The notes under the pieces were generated by a model. That model did no database searches. It was not told the origin of the DNA and saw only the letters and a program-made list of their open reading frames with translations. Shown here in pieces: positions 20,814-30,013 of a stretch of DNA of 64,000 nucleotides. Location of the stretch: contig CAVWLW010000072.1 of the NCBI GenBank assembly GCA_963755715.1, positions 19,675-83,674 on the forward strand, written 5' to 3'. The position numbers were made by a program, and so were the translations under genes. Positions within the stretch are counted from its first letter, which is position 1, and each line of letters starts with the position of its first letter. The stretch is from an uncultured delta proteobacterium (GTDB lineage: Bacteria; Desulfobacterota; Binatia; UBA9968).

Positions 20814-22253
20814 TTATGAAGCGATCGTTTTCCCAGGAACCGAACCGATGGAGCTTTCCGCTCCGCGCAACGCCGAAGTGAGTATCCCCACGACGCAGAA
20901 TATAATAGCCACCATGAAAGTGGTATTCAGCGCGGCGACGAAGCCCGCGGGATTTTCCGCCGTCAACGACATGGTCTTGATCCCGGTATGATATTCAAAA
21001 GCAAGCGACATGGACAGCCCACCCAATGCCACGCCCAAGACGTTGCCGAAGCCGAACGTCACGTGATTCATCGCCGAGGCGAAACCGCGGTGCTCCTTCG
21101 GCATCATGCTGATCATCGCCGTGGAATTGGCCGGGTTGAAGATGCCGTTGGTAATCGCGCCGACGACAATCACGAGAGTCGGCAGCAGCCAGTGTGAGTC
21201 GGTCCGCAGCATCCCCCCGGCGGCCAAAGAGATGATCATAAAAACCACGCCGGCAGTCGCGGGGATGCGCGGTCCAAGCCGGTCGGTCATGTAACCGCTC
21301 ACCGGCGCGAGCGCAACGGTCAAGATCGACGGCGCCATAAAAAGCATGCCGACCTGCGTCGGCGTGAGACGCAAAACATCCTGCAAATAAAACGGCATCA
21401 GAAAACTCGTGAGCGCATAGCAGATCGAAACCACCAGCAAGCTCACCACGCTGAAGCTGAAGCGGCGAATTTTGAACAATTCCAGATTGACAAACGGACT
21501 TTGCGCGCGCGACTCGTGCACAAGAAAGGCCGCCAGACTGCCAATAAAGACCGCCAAAAGAAAGAACTTCGTCGAGCTGCCGATCAGCTGATGCGTGCGT
21601 CGGTCGAGGATAAACACCAGGGTCGTCGTGACCGCGAACAGCAACGCTGCGCCGAGATAATCGACCGAGCCCGGGTAGTGCTGCGGCGCCACTTGACGCC
21701 GCTTCATGTTCATCAACGCCAGCAACATCCCACCGAAACCGATCGGCGCGAGCAGAAAAAAACTCCAGCGCCAGCTGAAATAGTCGATCATCAAGCCGCC
21801 GATGCTCGGTCCGAGAATAAAGCCGGTGTGATGCGCAGTCGTCATGTACCCTTGCGCCCGGCCGGCGAGATCTTCGGTGACGGACTCCGATGCCAGCGCC
21901 CGGCTTGAGGACTGCAACATCGCGCCGCCGACGCCTTGCACGAAGCGCGCGACGATGAGTTGCAGTACCGTCTGGGAAAAGCCACAGAGCAGCGAGCTCA
22001 CTGCAAACACGAGAAAACCCAAGGCAAACATCTTCTCACGTCCCCACAAGTCAGAGATGCGGCCAAATATTACCGATAACCCAATGTTCGAAAGCTGATA
22101 TGACAAGATCGCCCAAGAGACGCCGAGCAGATCGGTGCCCAGACTCTGCGCCACCGTCGGCATTGAAATGGCGACGATTCGAGTCGCGGTGCCGGAAAAA
22201 AATGTTCCGAGAAGCGCGGTGGCGAGCAGCAAATAATTGACGCGTAAATCCAC
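20814..22253 (-). CDS. MFS transporter, DHA2 (EmrB/QacA) family
   Basis: About 14 TM; GRISDLWGRE, LIVARFVQGVGGAM, GPSIGG. Confidence 0.9.
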   Translation of the reverse strand: MDLRVNYLLLATALLGTFFSGTATRIVAISMPTVAQSLGTDLLGVSWAILSYQLSNIGLSVIFGRISDLWGREKMFALGFLVFAVSSLLCGFSQTVLQLIVARFVQGVGGAMLQSSSRALASESVTEDLAGRAQGYMTTAHHTGFILGPSIGGLMIDYFSWRWSFFLLAPIGFGGMLLALMNMKRRQVAPQHYPGSVDYLGAALLFAVTTTLVFILDRRTHQLIGSSTKFFLLAVFIGSLAAFLVHESRAQSPFVNLELFKIRRFSFSVVSLLVVSICYALTSFLMPFYLQDVLRLTPTQVGMLFMAPSILTVALAPVSGYMTDRLGPRIPATAGVVFMIISLAAGGMLRTDSHWLLPTLVIVVGAITNGIFNPANSTAMISMMPKEHRGFASAMNHVTFGFGNVLGVALGGLSMSLAFEYHTGIKTMSLTAENPAGFVAALNTTFMVAIIFCVVGILTSALRGAESSIGSVPGKTIAS

Positions 22254-22424
22254 GTGGGTGCGAATCGTCGTTGAAAACTTTCCGAATTAATAGCGCCGAA
22301 CGCGCCGCGCAGCAAATAGATACGTGAAAAATTGCCGATGCATTCGCCGCGCAGACCCCCAAAGTTGCGAGATTGAGCGTAAAATTTATCGGCTAGGTTG
22401 AGAGCTACGAAAGCGAACTCATTG

Positions 22425-23402
22425 CTAGAAAACGCCATGCAAGAAATCCCGTACTTCACGAGTCCACTCCACGGATCTAGCTTCGACGATAGGCATATGC
22501 GGCACGCCGGCGAAGGAAACGAATCGTGCGTTTTGTCCCATTGCTCTCGCAATCGCACGGGCTTGGTCCAGCGTCGCGCGTTCATCCTTCTCGCCGTGCA
22601 AAATCAGCGTCGGACAATTCACCGAGCGCGCGTAGTCGGCTGGATTGTACAAGAACAAGTTGGAACGGGTTTGCACGCTTCCCCAAAAAATCGACAGCTC
22701 AGCAAACGGCGACGCTGGAAGACCCATCGCACGGAATCGACTCTTGCCGGCGTTCAGCAAGCTATCGAACGTCGCCTCAACAATAACGGCATCGGGATGG
22801 ATCTTTTCCGTCCCAATAGCGCGAAGCACGGCTGCGCCGCCCATGGAAATCCCGTAGAGCACCACTTTGTGATTCGGCCACGTCAGCCGGACGTAATCGA
22901 CAGCAGCCGCGACATCGCTCGCCTCTTTCAGGCCGATGGTCGTTCCAGTACCTGAAGATCCCCCGGAACCGTAGAAATCCACCAACAACGTAGGGAAACC
23001 CAACTCGTGGAAAACTTGCGCCGCCGACAATAACGAGGCCTTGCTCGCAGCGTAACCGTGAAAAAGTGCGATCAGCGGCAGCGCCGCCTTTCCAGGTATG
23101 TACCACGCCTCCAACGGCGTAGCGTTTGGACTAGCGAAGTGATGTGTCTCATAAGCAAGACTTAGATCAGCGGGTGTACGCCGATTCTGCGGCCGCGGGA
23201 TATTCACGCCTGACAACAAGATGGTGATTTTATCGAAAACGCTCAACCGCTCCGGGGGCGCCGTGCGCTCGCCGCTCTCAGCAAAATGCGTCATCGCCCA
23301 AACCTGCATGAAAGCGACCCCGTTCACGCCGATCAAAGCGCCGAGCAGCACGGCGGAAAGAAGTTTGACCAAACGGCGCAGGGAACGCTTCGCAAGACTC
23401 AT
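22425..23402 (-). CDS. Membrane-anchored alpha/beta hydrolase
   Basis: N-terminal TM, FHGY, GISMGG, LHGEKD, PH. Confidence 0.85.
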   Translation of the reverse strand: MSLAKRSLRRLVKLLSAVLLGALIGVNGVAFMQVWAMTHFAESGERTAPPERLSVFDKITILLSGVNIPRPQNRRTPADLSLAYETHHFASPNATPLEAWYIPGKAALPLIALFHGYAASKASLLSAAQVFHELGFPTLLVDFYGSGGSSGTGTTIGLKEASDVAAAVDYVRLTWPNHKVVLYGISMGGAAVLRAIGTEKIHPDAVIVEATFDSLLNAGKSRFRAMGLPASPFAELSIFWGSVQTRSNLFLYNPADYARSVNCPTLILHGEKDERATLDQARAIARAMGQNARFVSFAGVPHMPIVEARSVEWTREVRDFLHGVF

Positions 23403-23435
23403 TTTTGCGGCCACTCGCCTCTGACTGCCATGTCA

Positions 23436-24932
23436 TCACGGAACCGACTTCAATTGTGCAAATGCCGCATCCAGCTGCTTGGACGCGTCGTCCAACTTTC
23501 TGCGCGTGCTATCCAACCATTCCCGATCATTTTTCAAACTTGTTCTCTGGGCCGCGAGCATGCGCGCGACCTCCTCGGGTTGCGGGCCGCCGACCACGCG
23601 CGCCGATTGAACCATATTCTCGGCGGTCAGCGATTTGCGAAACTGCGCTTCGCTGAGCGGCAACTGCGCGTTGGTCATTTTGAAAGATTTGCCCGCATCC
23701 GTATAAATGCGCTTCGCTTGATCGTAGGGAATATCAATCGGCCGTAAGTTGTTTCCCCGCCCAAAATTGACGAGCTCGGATGCAAAGTGATGGCCGACGC
23801 GAAACGGCACGTCGGCGTCGCGTTGCAAAACATCGGCAAGTTCCGTGGTCGTCGAATAGTCGGCATTAACCTCGTCGATCGCGCGTTGCGCGTTGAAGTT
23901 GAGCTGCTTCACGACTGCGGCCAGATTGTTCAGCATGCGCGACATGCGGTTGAGCGCCTCAACCGGCTCACTGCCCTTATAATCGCTGAGACCATGCGGC
24001 ACGTTGTGCGCCTTGAAGAGATAGGTCGTGCTCACGCCCAAAACTTCGCTCGCCACCACGCGCACGTTATGCAGTGCATTGGGATTGCGTTTTTGCGGCA
24101 TGATGCTGCTGGTGCCGGTCAGCTCGCCTTCTTCGAGTGTCAGCCACGGCGTAGTCATGCGATACTGTGCTTCGATATCGGAGATAAAAGTTCCGACCGT
24201 CAATGCCGCCGCGCTCGCGACGCTCACCAGCTCAACCCCGGTGTCGATGGGCGAAATCTGATTCGCGTCCAGGGAATTTTCCACGATGCCGTCAAAGCCG
24301 AGCAGCTCAGCGAGCCGCGCGCGATTGACGGGGAAACTAGACGTCCCCAACGCCGCGGAGCCAAGCGGCGATTTATTGACGTTAGCGTAGGCGCGGCGCA
24401 ACCGCTCGGCGTTGCGCTCCAGCGCTTCCACATAGGCAAGGATGTAATGACCAAACGAAATCGGCTGCGCCTGGACGCCCACAGTGTAAGCGGGCACGAT
24501 CGCGTTGGGATACTTCGCGGCAAAATCGAGCAGCACCGCTCTCGCGTTATTGAGCGCCGCAAAAGTCACAATAACCTGCGCGCGCTGGAACAAACGGTTA
24601 CGAGTCGCGCCGATATCTTGCCGGCTGCGCCCGGAATGCATCCGCGTCACGTCCGGCCCGCCCGCCGCGACCAGCAATTTTTCAAGCTCGAGATAATCGC
24701 CCGGCCGCTTCGCGCCGGGTTTGTCCCCGTCGGCAATCACCTGAGAAACCGATTCGGCAATTACTTTACCAAGCGCTTTTGGCACGATTCCCTGCTCCAC
24801 CACCATCACCGACGACGCCTTGTTAAGCTCTCCCAAGTAGTAAAACTCGTCGCGTCTTTCCTGCGCGGAGACGCGAGCGCCAAGAAGGACTGAACCAATA
24901 ACTGAGACAATTAAAGTTTTACGCAGGTTCAT
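23436..24932 (-). CDS. Argininosuccinate lyase-like C-N lyase (fumarase/aspartase superfamily) with signal peptide
   Basis: HSGRSRQD, SPLGSAAL, SSIMPQKRNP signature, VPFRVGH; GGAGG RBS. Confidence 0.85.
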   Translation of the reverse strand: MNLRKTLIVSVIGSVLLGARVSAQERRDEFYYLGELNKASSVMVVEQGIVPKALGKVIAESVSQVIADGDKPGAKRPGDYLELEKLLVAAGGPDVTRMHSGRSRQDIGATRNRLFQRAQVIVTFAALNNARAVLLDFAAKYPNAIVPAYTVGVQAQPISFGHYILAYVEALERNAERLRRAYANVNKSPLGSAALGTSSFPVNRARLAELLGFDGIVENSLDANQISPIDTGVELVSVASAAALTVGTFISDIEAQYRMTTPWLTLEEGELTGTSSIMPQKRNPNALHNVRVVASEVLGVSTTYLFKAHNVPHGLSDYKGSEPVEALNRMSRMLNNLAAVVKQLNFNAQRAIDEVNADYSTTTELADVLQRDADVPFRVGHHFASELVNFGRGNNLRPIDIPYDQAKRIYTDAGKSFKMTNAQLPLSEAQFRKSLTAENMVQSARVVGGPQPEEVARMLAAQRTSLKNDREWLDSTRRKLDDASKQLDAAFAQLKSVP

Positions 24933-25006
24933 TTGTCTTCCCTCCAGAGGAGTATTTCGTGAAACGAAAGAAGAAATATCAAAGTTCGGACTCTCGTGAA
25001 CAAGTT

Positions 25007-25037
25007 GTAGGATGGGTTGAGCAAAGCGATACCCATC
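25007..25037 (+). repeat. GTAG-family REP, left of RAYT
   Basis: gtaggatgggttgagcaaagcgatacccatc; GATGGGT/ACCCATC stem. Confidence 0.9.
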
Positions 25038-25044
25038 TCATTTC

Positions 25045-25587
25045 TTATCGCCCTGCTCTCTCTCCAAAGGCGGTCTCTTCAGGACCGATCACACCGCCCC
25101 AATCGGCGCTATACAACCCGCGCCGAACGAACCGCCGGAACGAGGAATACGGCCAATCGATGGCCGACTCTACATGTCCATGCTTTACCGGATTAAAATG
25201 AATGTAATCACAATGCCGCCCAACATCGTCTTCGTCCCGCAGCGTGTGCTCCCAGTATCTGCGCTGCCAGATCCCACGTTCACGTTTGAGACGGCGGCTT
25301 TCGGAGCGTTCTTCGAGGCGCTCAAGACCTCTAGAAAAAACGGTTTTAATCAATCTCCATCGTGTCGCATAATCCGCGTCACCGGGACGCAAAGTCCAGA
25401 TAGCATGCAGGTGGTCGGGCAAGACAACGATCGCATTGATTGTGAACGGGTGACGGCTCTTTGTGTAGCGGAACGCGTGCCGCACGAGATCAATTCGATC
25501 TACGAGTAAACAGGAACGCCTATCCGCTAAGTTAACAGTAAAGAAGTAAGATCCGCCTTCGACAAAGTTACGCCGATAGTTAGACAC
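25045..25587 (-). mobile_element. rayT: REP-associated tyrosine transposase (RAYT, Y1 HUH family)
   Basis: GGSYFFTVN, PDHLH (HUH), IWQRRYWEH, YIHFNPVKHG, WPYSS; flanked by inverted REPs. Confidence 0.92.
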
Positions 25588-25627
25588 CAGCGCACGGTAA
25601 ACCGATTGCTATACAAAGAACAAACGC

Positions 25628-25656
25628 TGGGTATCGCTTCGCTCAACCCATCCTAC
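25628..25656 (-). repeat. GTAG-family REP, right of RAYT (inverted)
   Basis: Reverse complement gtaggatgggttgagcgaagcgataccca, one mismatch to the left copy. Confidence 0.9.
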
Positions 25657-25689
25657 AATATTTTTTAAATTACTATTCCCGTGCCTCGA

Positions 25690-26932
25690 CTACTCCAACG
25701 GCAACGTAAACAACCGCTGATCCGGTTTGATTAAATGCTCGTGCCCTTTTTCCGTCACCGCGCATGTATATTCGACTTGCACGGTGCCCCAGCCGGCTTC
25801 ATGATTCGACGCTTCCAGGTTTACCGTCATACCCGGTTCCATGGGAATGTTTGTCGTATTTGGCAGAAACGGATCGTCGACTTCTTCCGCCGGGCCGATC
25901 AAAAACGGGAACTCACGCGCTTCGAGGCCGATCGTATGGCCGAGGAAGAAATTCGAATAATTCGGCAAACCGTTGGCGCGCACGCCGGCGATCATCGTTT
26001 CGTATAGCTCTTGGGGGCGCACGCCGGGCTTGAGCGCTTCGACCGACTTCAGCACGCCGGCTTGAATCGCGTCATAACGTTTGCGGTGCTCCGCCGTTGG
26101 CTCGGCGCCGACGCAGCCGGACTTGCACACGTCGGCGTGGTAGCCGTTGATCGAACAGCCCATGTCGACGCGGAAGATGTCACCCTTTTGCAAAACGTTG
26201 TCCTTGATCGCCGGAAAATTGCCGCCGCGCGTGACCGCCATATGCATCCAGTACACTTGCCCTCCGGCCTTGGCGATTTCGCCTTTGTAGATGCTTGCCA
26301 GTTCGTTTTCTGTCACTCTCGGTCTGCATGCTCGCAGCATCGTATGGATCGCCTGTTCGTTCATCTCTGCGGATTCTCTAAGGCGCCGAATCTCTTCCGG
26401 AGTCTTGATCATGCGCGCGTAGCGAAAAAACATCGAAGCCGGCAACAAAGTCGCGCGCGGCAGCCCCGCTTCTAATCCTCTCGTAAATCGTAATCGGAAT
26501 GGCGAAATGGTCCATGCCGATGCGGCCATTGGCCATGCCCTTCTCTTCGATGAGCTGCGCCAGCGCTTTTTCCGGCGTGAGGCCTTTGGAGTCGCTGCCG
26601 GCAAGCTTTACGGTTCGCTGCTCGATGGCAGTTAATTTCGCCATGTCGGCGACGTGTGGATTCCGCGGCCGGCCGTAAATGTATTTCTCTTCAACCCAGA
26701 CGGCATCGAGCGACGCATAACCGACATCGCCGCCGGGAATCAGCAAAGCCGGTTTCTGCTTCGGATCACGCGGATAGACGACATAGACCTGCGAGCCGCC
26801 GTAGCGGTAACCGTTTTGGCTCCACGAAGCGTGGCCGCTGAGATAATAAATATTCTCCGGCGTCGCCGCGACGATCCCTGTGAGATCAAACTTGTCCATC
26901 AAAGCGATCAATCTTTCTTTGTTGTAAAGCAT
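25690..26932 (-). CDS. Xaa-Pro peptidase / M24 family protein (frameshift near 26480)
   Basis: Creatinase-like N domain (PENIYYLSG), RMIKTPEEI, DMG..GYHAD, GHTIGL, NLE; AGGAGG RBS before ATG 26932. Confidence 0.85.
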
Positions 26933-26962
26933 GGAAACAAACCTCCTGCTAAAATTCTGAGT

Positions 26963-27041
26963 TGGAGTGATGGAATACTGGAGTGTTGGGTTGGCGAGCG
27001 CTCTACCCATTACTCCAATACTCCATCACTCCATTGCTCCA
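26963..27041. repeat. Inverted array of 8-bp tandem repeats (TGGAGTNN / NNACTCCA)
   Basis: tggagtga tggaatac tggagtgt tgggt ... accca ttactcca atactcca tcactcca ttgctcca. Confidence 0.85.
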
Positions 27042-27046
27042 ATCTT

Positions 27047-28726
27047 CTACACTCCGCTCTCCGACCTCCACGGCCTCGGCTCTAGCGGCTTCACCGCGAC
27101 CTCCAACACCGATGGCCCCTTGTAGGCTAAGGCGCGAGCTAAAGCCGGTTTCAGTTCCGCTGGTTTCGAAACGCGCTCGCCGAAAGCGCCGAGCGCCCGC
27201 GCGACTCCGGCGTAATCGCCGCGTAGCGAGATGCCGATCTCATGTCCTTTGAAGCGCTCGTGCAGCGTTTCGCGGCTCGCGCCAAGGCTTTCATTATTTA
27301 GAATCACCGTCAGCGTGCGAATGTCGTTGCGCGCCGCGGTTTCGATCTCCATCCCGGTCATCCCGAAAGAACCATCGCCGGTGAAATTCACCACGGTCTT
27401 GTCAGGATTACCTAGCTTCGCGCCCAACGCCGCCGGCGTCGACCAGCCCATGGCGCTCGTTCCGCCGAAGCCGATGAAGCCGAGAGGATTCAATGCTTCA
27501 TAGTGATGCGAGACATAAGCGCGCGTTACTCCAGCATCGTGCAACAGAATCGTGTTCTTGCTGTCGAGCTGGTGGGTAATGTCCCAACAAGCACGATAGG
27601 GATTCATCGGGATTTCATCGGAAGTCAGGCGCGGACTCCACGACTCTAACCATTTTCCTTTGAGCTCTTTGATCTCCGCGGCAACATCCGTCGCCATGCC
27701 CTTCCGGTATCCGCCGAGCTTTTCTGCTCCGCGCTGGAGCAGCGCGCGCAAAAAAAGTTGGATGTCGGAAAGAATAACGAGATCGGCCGGATAGTTCTTG
27801 TGCAGCTCGGCGGGATCGATATCTACTTGGACGAGCTTGGCGTGCGCCGGTTTGGGCAACCAACTGGACGTGGCATGCTGGCGAAAGGCGCAACCCAGCG
27901 CGATCACGAGATCCGCTTCCTCGGCGAATTTACGCGACTGCCCCGTGCTGTAAACCGCGCGCGGGTAACCGCCGAGACCGAGACAAAGCGGATGATCTTC
28001 AGGCATCGCGCCCTTCGCCGGCAATGTCGCCATCACGGGGAGCGCATAGGTTTCCGACAGCTTGACGAGATCCTCGGTGGCCCGGGACCAAAGCGCGCCT
28101 CGTCCGGCGTATATCAAAGGCTGCTTCGCGCCCTGGAGCAATTCGATCAGCTTGTCTACGTCGTCAGGGTCGGGTCCGTAACGCACCCGCCGCGTTTTCT
28201 GATAGGGCGGCAACTCCGCTTGCGCCATGCTGATATCTTGCGGCACTTCGATGATTACCGGCCCCGGCCGCCCGGATCTTGCGACGGTGAAGGCGCGGCG
28301 AAAGACCTCCGGAATTCTTTCCGCCGACGGTACGCTGAACGTCCACTTCGCCATGGTTTGAAACGTATCGAGGTAGGGAACTTCCTGCAGCATTCCCTTG
28401 GCCAGTTGCTTGCGCGAGCTATGGCCGAAGATAACCACCAGCGGCACACAGTCCGTGAATGCATTCACGATGGCCGTAAAAGCATTGCAGCGCCCCGGCC
28501 CTTTTGTCACCATCGCGACACCGACTTCGCCGGTGCTCCGCGCATAACCGTCGGCGATATAAACGGTCGCCTGCTCATGGCGCGTCAGGATCAGCGGCAT
28601 CCGTCCGTTTTGGTGCAGCGCATCGAAGATCGGCAGAATGTCGTCTCCCGGTAGCGTGGCGACGAACTTTACTTCCTCGGTCTTGAGAATATCCACGATG
28701 GCATCGGCAACTCGCATAGTAGACAC
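27047..28726 (-). CDS. Thiamine pyrophosphate-dependent enzyme (acetolactate synthase large subunit-like)
   Basis: RHEQ..ADGYAR, GPG, GRPGPV, GDGSFGM...LNN TPP motif. Confidence 0.9.
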   Translation of the reverse strand: MSTMRVADAIVDILKTEEVKFVATLPGDDILPIFDALHQNGRMPLILTRHEQATVYIADGYARSTGEVGVAMVTKGPGRCNAFTAIVNAFTDCVPLVVIFGHSSRKQLAKGMLQEVPYLDTFQTMAKWTFSVPSAERIPEVFRRAFTVARSGRPGPVIIEVPQDISMAQAELPPYQKTRRVRYGPDPDDVDKLIELLQGAKQPLIYAGRGALWSRATEDLVKLSETYALPVMATLPAKGAMPEDHPLCLGLGGYPRAVYSTGQSRKFAEEADLVIALGCAFRQHATSSWLPKPAHAKLVQVDIDPAELHKNYPADLVILSDIQLFLRALLQRGAEKLGGYRKGMATDVAAEIKELKGKWLESWSPRLTSDEIPMNPYRACWDITHQLDSKNTILLHDAGVTRAYVSHHYEALNPLGFIGFGGTSAMGWSTPAALGAKLGNPDKTVVNFTGDGSFGMTGMEIETAARNDIRTLTVILNNESLGASRETLHERFKGHEIGISLRGDYAGVARALGAFGERVSKPAELKPALARALAYKGPSVLEVAVKPLEPRPWRSESGV

Positions 28727-29728
28727 CTACTTAGTAGAGAATTTTTTGAAGAAGCCTTCTTCCTCGAGTTTCCGAACGAATCTGTCATCGATGAAGTCGT
28801 TGGGATTTTTTGCCTTGAGCGAAGGTTGCTTGTCGGCGAGAAATTCGAGCACGAATTTGATTCCTTCGGGCGATGGGGTTAGATACTGATTCAAAAATTT
28901 GCCCAACCCTTCCTGCGACTGCACCAGCGCCGGGTCGTCCTTGGGCACGCGCATGTACTTCGCCACGACCGGTAAAGTTAGATCCGGCCGGGTTTTGTAG
29001 AGATAGATCGCCTCGCTTGTCGCGCGCAAGATATTGAGAATCGTATCCGGGTAGGCGTCGATGAATTTACGCGTGCTGACGATCGAAATCACCGGAAAAG
29101 GAAAGTCGAGACCGGCAAGATCGAAAATTTCACGATGACCGGCTTTCGCCGCCGCGTGCGACGTTGGCGGCGTCAACACACCCGCCTGAAATTTTCCCTG
29201 CAACAGTCCGGCGAGCACTTCCGGCGATCCGCCGGCGGACAATACGCCTACGTCGCGGTTGGCCACCCAGCCGAAATGTCTAAGAAACGCCAGCGCCGCG
29301 AAGTAACTATTACCGCCCGCCGCGCCGGCCGCAATGGTTTTTCCCTTGAGGTCGCTGATCTGCTTGATCTGCGGGCTGGCGTGAATGGCGAAAGTCAGCC
29401 GAGTAAATACCGTACCGAGGATGGCGATCTCGGCGCCGTTCGCCGCCGCGCCCACAGCCGCGGCTCCGCCGACTTGAGAAACATCGATGGACCCGCCGAG
29501 CATCGCTTGGATCGGCCGTGAACCGCCGACGTAAATCAGCTCCGAATCATAGCCGTACTTCTCGAACAGCTTGAGTTCCTGAGCGATCCAGAACGGCGGG
29601 TTCGCGTAAGCAAAGGCGCTAAAGGCGAGGCGGAGTTTCTTCGGTTGAGCGCCGTGAAGTGGCAACGGCGGAAAAATGATCAGCGCTACAAGAATTCCAT
29701 AGACAATCTGCGGCGCGCATTTTTTCAT
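28727..29728 (-). CDS. NMT1/THI5-family SBP
   Basis: Signal peptide from ATG 29728; FEKYG, DLKGK, DDRFVRKLEEEGF tail. Confidence 0.87.
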   Translation of the reverse strand: MKKCAPQIVYGILVALIIFPPLPLHGAQPKKLRLAFSAFAYANPPFWIAQELKLFEKYGYDSELIYVGGSRPIQAMLGGSIDVSQVGGAAAVGAAANGAEIAILGTVFTRLTFAIHASPQIKQISDLKGKTIAAGAAGGNSYFAALAFLRHFGWVANRDVGVLSAGGSPEVLAGLLQGKFQAGVLTPPTSHAAAKAGHREIFDLAGLDFPFPVISIVSTRKFIDAYPDTILNILRATSEAIYLYKTRPDLTLPVVAKYMRVPKDDPALVQSQEGLGKFLNQYLTPSPEGIKFVLEFLADKQPSLKAKNPNDFIDDRFVRKLEEEGFFKKFSTK

Positions 29729-29835
29729 CTGGATCACGCGGTGCGGAGAGCTGCTGACACATATTTCCAAACGCTCCGGCAGTCAAGTTTGAGTAACGGT
29801 TCATTTCAATCCGCCATCGGGCTCAACACCGGGAA

Positions 29836-29930
29836 AGATTCCTCGCTCATGCTCGGAATGACAACTAAAAAGCCGATTTGTCATCTCGAACCCTTCGGCA
29901 CAGGCTCAGGATAAACTCCGTGAGAGATCC
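29836..29930. repeat. Pair of GTCAT-type REP halves, back to back
   Basis: agattcctcgctcatgctcggaatgaca and tgtcatctcgaacccttcggcacaggctcaggataaactccgtgagagatcc. Confidence 0.7.
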
Positions 29931-30013
29931 TTTCCAAACTGAATATGAGCTAAGTTGGCTTGGTCTACTTTGCGCGCTCAGAAGGATTATCGGTTCAATG
30001 CGCAACCGCGTGA

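Noticed and set aside
23436-24932. Gene symbol argH
   Set aside because: Signal peptide and missing catalytic His argue against canonical arginine biosynthesis function
26963-27041. CRISPR array
   Set aside because: Units are 8 bp with no spacers; no cas genes in the window
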